From the NCBI GenBank assembly GCA_027364875.1, contig DAHXON010000004.1:15089-79088 (forward strand): DNA of 64,000 nt, in the 5' to 3' direction. Shown piece after piece: positions 60,295 to 64,000 of the stretch. The position numbers and the translations under genes were made by a program. The number at the start of each line of letters is the position of its first letter. Within the stretch, counting starts at the first letter, position 1. The notes beneath the pieces were generated by a model. It was not told where the DNA came from, did no database searches, and worked only from the letters and a program-made list of their open reading frames with translations. This DNA is from Chloroflexota bacterium (GTDB taxonomy: Bacteria; Chloroflexota; Limnocylindria; Limnocylindrales; CSP1-4).

Positions 60295-60439
60295 AGGCAC
60301 GCTGCAAAGGCATGCTATCGCTAGGGCCCCTGGGCGCTCGCGAATGATATGGGCTGGCCCCCAACGGGTCAAGCGGAGCCACCTCGCGGCCGGTCCAGGC
60401 CTTCGTTGACCCCTCCGGTTCCCTCGCTCGCGAGGCGCG

Positions 60440-62620
60440 TCATTCCGGCAGCAGGGCGTCGCCGCCGTCGCGGTCCGGGGACGCGTCGGCAGCGGTGGGC
60501 TCCGGTCCGCCGGCCGCCTCATGGCCGGAGTCGGCGGTCGGGGCTATCTCGCTTGTCTCCGGCGCATCGGCCGGAGACGCCGTGTCGGCTGGCTCGGTCG
60601 CGTCCGGGGCGGCCGGCTCGGTCACGTCGGCCGAGGCCGTGGCTTCGGCTTCCGGGGCGGTCTGACGTATCTCGGCCTCGAGCTCCGGTCGTGGTCTCGG
60701 CTCCCCACCGCGCTGGCTCGAGGCCTCGTATAGAAGGATCGAGCCCGCTACCGCAGCGTTGAGAGACGAGACGTGGCCCTTCATCGGGATGCGAACGACG
60801 GCGTCGCAGCGCCTCCGGACCGCCGGACCGAGGCCCTGCCCTTCACTGCCCACCACGACGGCAAGCGGCCCGCGCAGATCGGTCTGGCGGGCGGTGAGCG
60901 GCGCCTCCGAGTCCGAGCCGACGATCCGCAGGCCTCGGACGTGGAGATCCGTCAAGGCCTCCGCGAGGTCGTCCACCGGCACGAGAAGCAGATGTTCGAC
61001 TGCCCCGGCGGAAGCCTTGACCGCCGCGGGCGATAGCGGCGCCTGGCGATGAGTCGGGTAGACGATCCCGTGGGCGCCCGATGCCTCCGCCGTCCTCAGC
61101 AGCGAGCCGAAGTTCTGGGGATCCTCGAGCGAGTCGAGCACCAGGACGAAGGGCGGCTCGCCGCGTTCGATGGCCCGGGCCAGCAGATCGTCGAGCCCGG
61201 CGAAGGCCCGCCTGTCGGTCACGAGCGCGATGCCCTGATGGCCGTCGAAGCCGGCGAGAGACGTCAGCGTGCCTCCCTCGACCTCGACTATGGGTATGCG
61301 CAGGTTGGTTGCGTGGAGGACGAGCTTCTCGAGGGCCAGGCGCCGTTGTGGCACGACCAGAAGCCGCACGGCCTTGCGCCGGGCGATGAAGGCTTCCTCG
61401 ACCGGATGACGCCCGGCGACGAGCTCCTCGTCCTCCCCGAGCAGGCCCGAGACGTCCACCACGGGCTCGCGCATTCGCGGACCCGGACCCGGCGTGAAAC
61501 CCGGGGCGTAGCTCGAACCGGCGCCGGGACCAGGGCGGCGCGGCCCGAAGGCGGGCCGATTGAAGGGCCGGGCCGGCCGGTTCGGCATGGGTGGTCGGAT
61601 GGGGGTCTCGCTCACCTCGGCTGTGGCCTCGGCCGGCTCGGGGCCGCGAGGCGGGGCCGGCGGTCGGGGCGTCCAGCTCGAGGACGGCTGCCACTCTCGC
61701 CTGGGTCCGCGAGGGCGATCGTCGCCACGCTCGTCCGGCGCAGGCCTGTCGTGCTCTGTCGGGTGGGGTCCTCCGAAGCCGAAACCGGGTCGCTGGGGTC
61801 TGCCCGGTGCTCCGGTCCGGCCAAATCCGCCTCTGGCCGGAGGGCCGTGGCGTTCCACGCTCGACCCGCCGCGTTCCGCGCCCTCACGCCGGTCGGGGAA
61901 GGACCCGGGGCCATGGCCGAAGCCGGGCCGCCTGAACCCTGGCCCGGTTTCGGCCCCATGGGCGGGTCCGAAACGCGGCCCGGTGCCACCCTCGCCCTGT
62001 CGCGGACGATCCTCGGCGAATGGCGGCCGCGGGCCGCCTGGGCCGCCTGGACCGCCCGGACCGGGACGGCCACGGCCGAAGCCACGCTGCCCGGGGGCAT
62101 AGGACGGTCGAGGCCGGCCGTAGGCTGGCCGGTCGTACGCGGGCCGGTCGTACGTGGGCCGTTCTTCGTCGGGCCGATACGGGCGGTCGTCGTGGCTCTG
62201 AGGGCCTGCCGGCCGCTGGAACTCGCCGGGCCGGCGAAATCCGCCGGGCCTCGCCGGTCCACCGGGCCGCTGATATCCACCGGGCCGCTGCGGCCCACCC
62301 GAGCGCTGGTACCCGCCCGGTCCGTGCCCTCCGGCCGGTCCGCGCCCGCCGCCCGGTCCGTGCGGGTTGCCCGCCGCCCCGAAACCCTCGCCGGGCTGCC
62401 GTCCCCGAGCGTCGTCGGGGCCGCTGCCCTCGGAGGGGCGGAATTCACGTCGCGGGCCGGATCCCGAGCCCTGTCCGGGGCGATGGTCGGGTCCGCGCTT
62501 GAAGCCGCCGCGCTTGTCGTGATGATTTGCCAAGTCGAGTTTCCGTTCTGTGGGGGCGGCCGTGGATCGGCCGCGAGGGCTGGTCGATGTCGTTGGCGAC
62601 GCGAAGCTCAGGCGTCGCAT
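60440..62620 (-). CDS. rlmB: 23S rRNA 2'-O-methyltransferase RlmB-like (SpoU/TrmH) with a ~400-aa Arg/Gly/Pro-rich N-terminal extension and an acidic C-terminal tail
   Basis: SpoU_sub_bind and SpoU methylase motifs (GRHPVEEAF..., NFGSLLRTAEASGAHGIV, VVGSEGQGL, IPMKGHVSSLNAAVAGSILLYE). The N-terminus is GPGGYQRSGGPQRPGGYQRPGGPARPGGFRRPGEF-type repeats. ATG 62620 lies 17 bp after the cysS stop. Confidence 0.8.
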   Translation of the reverse strand: MRRLSFASPTTSTSPRGRSTAAPTERKLDLANHHDKRGGFKRGPDHRPGQGSGSGPRREFRPSEGSGPDDARGRQPGEGFGAAGNPHGPGGGRGPAGGHGPGGYQRSGGPQRPGGYQRPGGPARPGGFRRPGEFQRPAGPQSHDDRPYRPDEERPTYDRPAYDRPAYGRPRPSYAPGQRGFGRGRPGPGGPGGPGGPRPPFAEDRPRQGEGGTGPRFGPAHGAETGPGFRRPGFGHGPGSFPDRREGAERGGSSVERHGPPARGGFGRTGAPGRPQRPGFGFGGPHPTEHDRPAPDERGDDRPRGPRREWQPSSSWTPRPPAPPRGPEPAEATAEVSETPIRPPMPNRPARPFNRPAFGPRRPGPGAGSSYAPGFTPGPGPRMREPVVDVSGLLGEDEELVAGRHPVEEAFIARRKAVRLLVVPQRRLALEKLVLHATNLRIPIVEVEGGTLTSLAGFDGHQGIALVTDRRAFAGLDDLLARAIERGEPPFVLVLDSLEDPQNFGSLLRTAEASGAHGIVYPTHRQAPLSPAAVKASAGAVEHLLLVPVDDLAEALTDLHVRGLRIVGSDSEAPLTARQTDLRGPLAVVVGSEGQGLGPAVRRRCDAVVRIPMKGHVSSLNAAVAGSILLYEASSQRGGEPRPRPELEAEIRQTAPEAEATASADVTEPAAPDATEPADTASPADAPETSEIAPTADSGHEAAGGPEPTAADASPDRDGGDALLPE

Positions 62621-62636
62621 GTTCAATTCGGAGGGT

Positions 62637-63986
62637 TCAGTCGGTGCGCCGCCAGCGCTGCCCGTCTCGGGTGTCCTCCACCAGGATCCCCCGCTCGGCA
62701 AGGGCAACCCGGAGTCGGTCGGAGGCGGCCCAATCGCGGGCCGTTCGGGCGGCGGCGCGTTCGTCCAGCAGCCGCTGGAGGTCCGCGTCGAGCGAGGTCT
62801 CGGCTTCGGGCGCGATTTCCAGGACGCGATCGAGGTCGCGGATGAAGGCTGCCGTTCGGGCTGCGTCGGCCGTCGACAGGACGCGAGCGTCGAGTCTCCG
62901 GTTGACCTCGCGCACGAGGTCGAACAGAGCGGCAAGCGCCGGCGAGATGTTGAGGTCGTCGTCGAGAGCCGTCTCGAACGCGCCGCGCGTTGCTTCGAGG
63001 AGTGCCGGAAGGGTGGAATCGTCCGGGCAGTCGTTCCTGTACGCCGCCAGAGCGAGCATCAGCGCGTCCAGTCGTTCGATCGCCGATGAGGCGGCCTGGA
63101 GCGAGTCCTCGCCGAATGACAGGGGCGAGCGGTAGTGAGCGGACATCAGCGCCAGCCGCAACGCGCGCCGGGAGACGCCCCGGCCGACGATCTCCGCAAC
63201 GCGTTCTATGTTGCCGGTGGATTTCGCCATCTTCTGGGTGCCCAGCTGGAGGAACGCGTTGTGCAGCCAGTAGTTGACGAACTTCTTCCCGGTGGCGGCC
63301 TCGCTCTGGGCAATCTCGTCGGTGTGGTGCGGGAAGATCAGATCGATCCCGCCGGTGTGGATGTCGAACGATTCGCCCAGGTAGCGCATGCTCATCGCCG
63401 AGCATTCGATGTGCCAGCCTGGTCGTCCGGGCCCGATCGCGGTATCCCAGCTCGGCTCGCCCGGCTTGGGCCCCTTCCACAGCGCAAAGTCGCGCACGTC
63501 GTCCTTGCCGTACTCGTCCGCCTCGACGCGCTCGCCGACCCGCATGCCTTCCGGATCGATGCGGGCCAGCCGTCCGTATTCGGGCCAGCTGGAGATCCGG
63601 AAGAAGTAGGAGCCATCGTCCGTGCGGTAGGCGTGACCCTTCTCGAGAAGAATCTGGATCAGCTGGACCTGCTGGGCGATGTTCTCCGTGGCCTTGGGCA
63701 TCACATCCGGCGTCCGGATGCCAAGCGTCTCCATGTCGGCGACGAGAAGCTTGCGGTACTTCTCCGATAGCTCGCCGATCGTGATGCCCTCGCGGTTGGC
63801 ACCCTTGATGATGCGGTCGTCGATGTCCGTGACGTTCATGACCCAGGTGACCTGATAGCCGCGATAGCGCAGGTAGCGGCTGAGCAGATCGCCGAAGATG
63901 AACGCCCGGAAGTTGCCGACGTGGGCCTGGCTGTACACGGTGGGGCCGCACGTGTAGATGCCGACCTTGCCCGGAACGAGGGGCAC
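62637..63986 (-). CDS. cysS: Cysteinyl-tRNA synthetase
   Basis: [16 protein letters not shown] (HIGH-type) and KMAKSTGN (KMSKS) motifs. The apparent start is at 63986, close to the window edge. Confidence 0.9.
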   Translation of the reverse strand: MPLVPGKVGIYTCGPTVYSQAHVGNFRAFIFGDLLSRYLRYRGYQVTWVMNVTDIDDRIIKGANREGITIGELSEKYRKLLVADMETLGIRTPDVMPKATENIAQQVQLIQILLEKGHAYRTDDGSYFFRISSWPEYGRLARIDPEGMRVGERVEADEYGKDDVRDFALWKGPKPGEPSWDTAIGPGRPGWHIECSAMSMRYLGESFDIHTGGIDLIFPHHTDEIAQSEAATGKKFVNYWLHNAFLQLGTQKMAKSTGNIERVAEIVGRGVSRRALRLALMSAHYRSPLSFGEDSLQAASSAIERLDALMLALAAYRNDCPDDSTLPALLEATRGAFETALDDDLNISPALAALFDLVREVNRRLDARVLSTADAARTAAFIRDLDRVLEIAPEAETSLDADLQRLLDERAAARTARDWAASDRLRVALAERGILVEDTRDGQRWRRTD

Positions 63987-64000
63987 GAAATCTCGGACTG

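Noticed and set aside
61049-62845. 598-aa plus-strand ORF antisense to rlmB
   Set aside because: Antisense to the low-complexity region of rlmB. Repetitive Arg/Gly/Pro composition in both frames is expected from the repeat DNA.

Overview
This is a 64 kb, ~70% GC bacterial chromosomal segment that is almost entirely housekeeping genes. The gene order looks Firmicutes-like: cdaA-cdaR-glmM-glmS-acpS-nnr-alr, then tsaE-tsaB-rimI-tsaD, and a complete S10-spc-alpha ribosomal cluster (tuf to rpsI). The organism is probably a high-GC member of, or neighbour to, that lineage, but I cannot assign it from sequence alone.

Reading left to right:
- 80-3577: a hydrogenase maturation protease gene and an NfnAB-like ferredoxin:NADP oxidoreductase pair.
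- 3727-12377: a signalling cluster, namely a small membrane protein, a NarL-type histidine kinase, a stand-alone receiver, a LuxR response regulator and a dCache chemoreceptor. It also holds glyQS and a second stand-alone receiver.
- 13390-20657: recO, a WrbA-like flavoprotein, a PPOX-like protein, a polyprenyl synthase, a CorC/CNNM transporter, glmU and ridA.
- 20735-31857: ispE, an in-frame tsaD-ksgA fusion ORF, rimI, tsaB, tsaE, a three-ORF insertion, alr and nnr.
- 31835-38125: acpS, glmS (with a structured 248-nt leader), glmM, cdaR and cdaA.
- 38199-40939: a TPR protein and argF.
- 41289-59933: 32 r-protein genes together with truA, rpoA, infA, map, adk, secY and tuf.
- 59980-60294: three tRNAs (Thr-GGT, Tyr-GTA, Thr-TGT).
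- 60440-63986: rlmB and cysS.

The best candidate for something undescribed is the three-ORF insertion between alr and tsaE (25935-29433). It encodes a small acidic protein, a 662-aa protein with an actin-like ATPase (ASKHA) N-terminal DLGSxTT motif and a long Ala/Pro/Thr linker, and a 394-aa protein coupled to it by an ATGA overlap. None of the three has a function I can assign.

Other points worth checking:
- the TsaD-KsgA single ORF;
- a possible glmS-ribozyme-like leader;
- a CxxC..CxxC zinc ribbon in L24;
- RlmB with a ~400-aa Arg/Gly/Pro-rich N-terminal extension;
- short tandem DNA repeats that create low-complexity inserts at gene ends (IspE start, KsgA, RimI tail, Alr N-terminus).

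Many long ORFs on the opposite strand of known genes are high-GC artefacts and are listed as rejected. I found no CRISPR array, rRNA, IS element or prophage.
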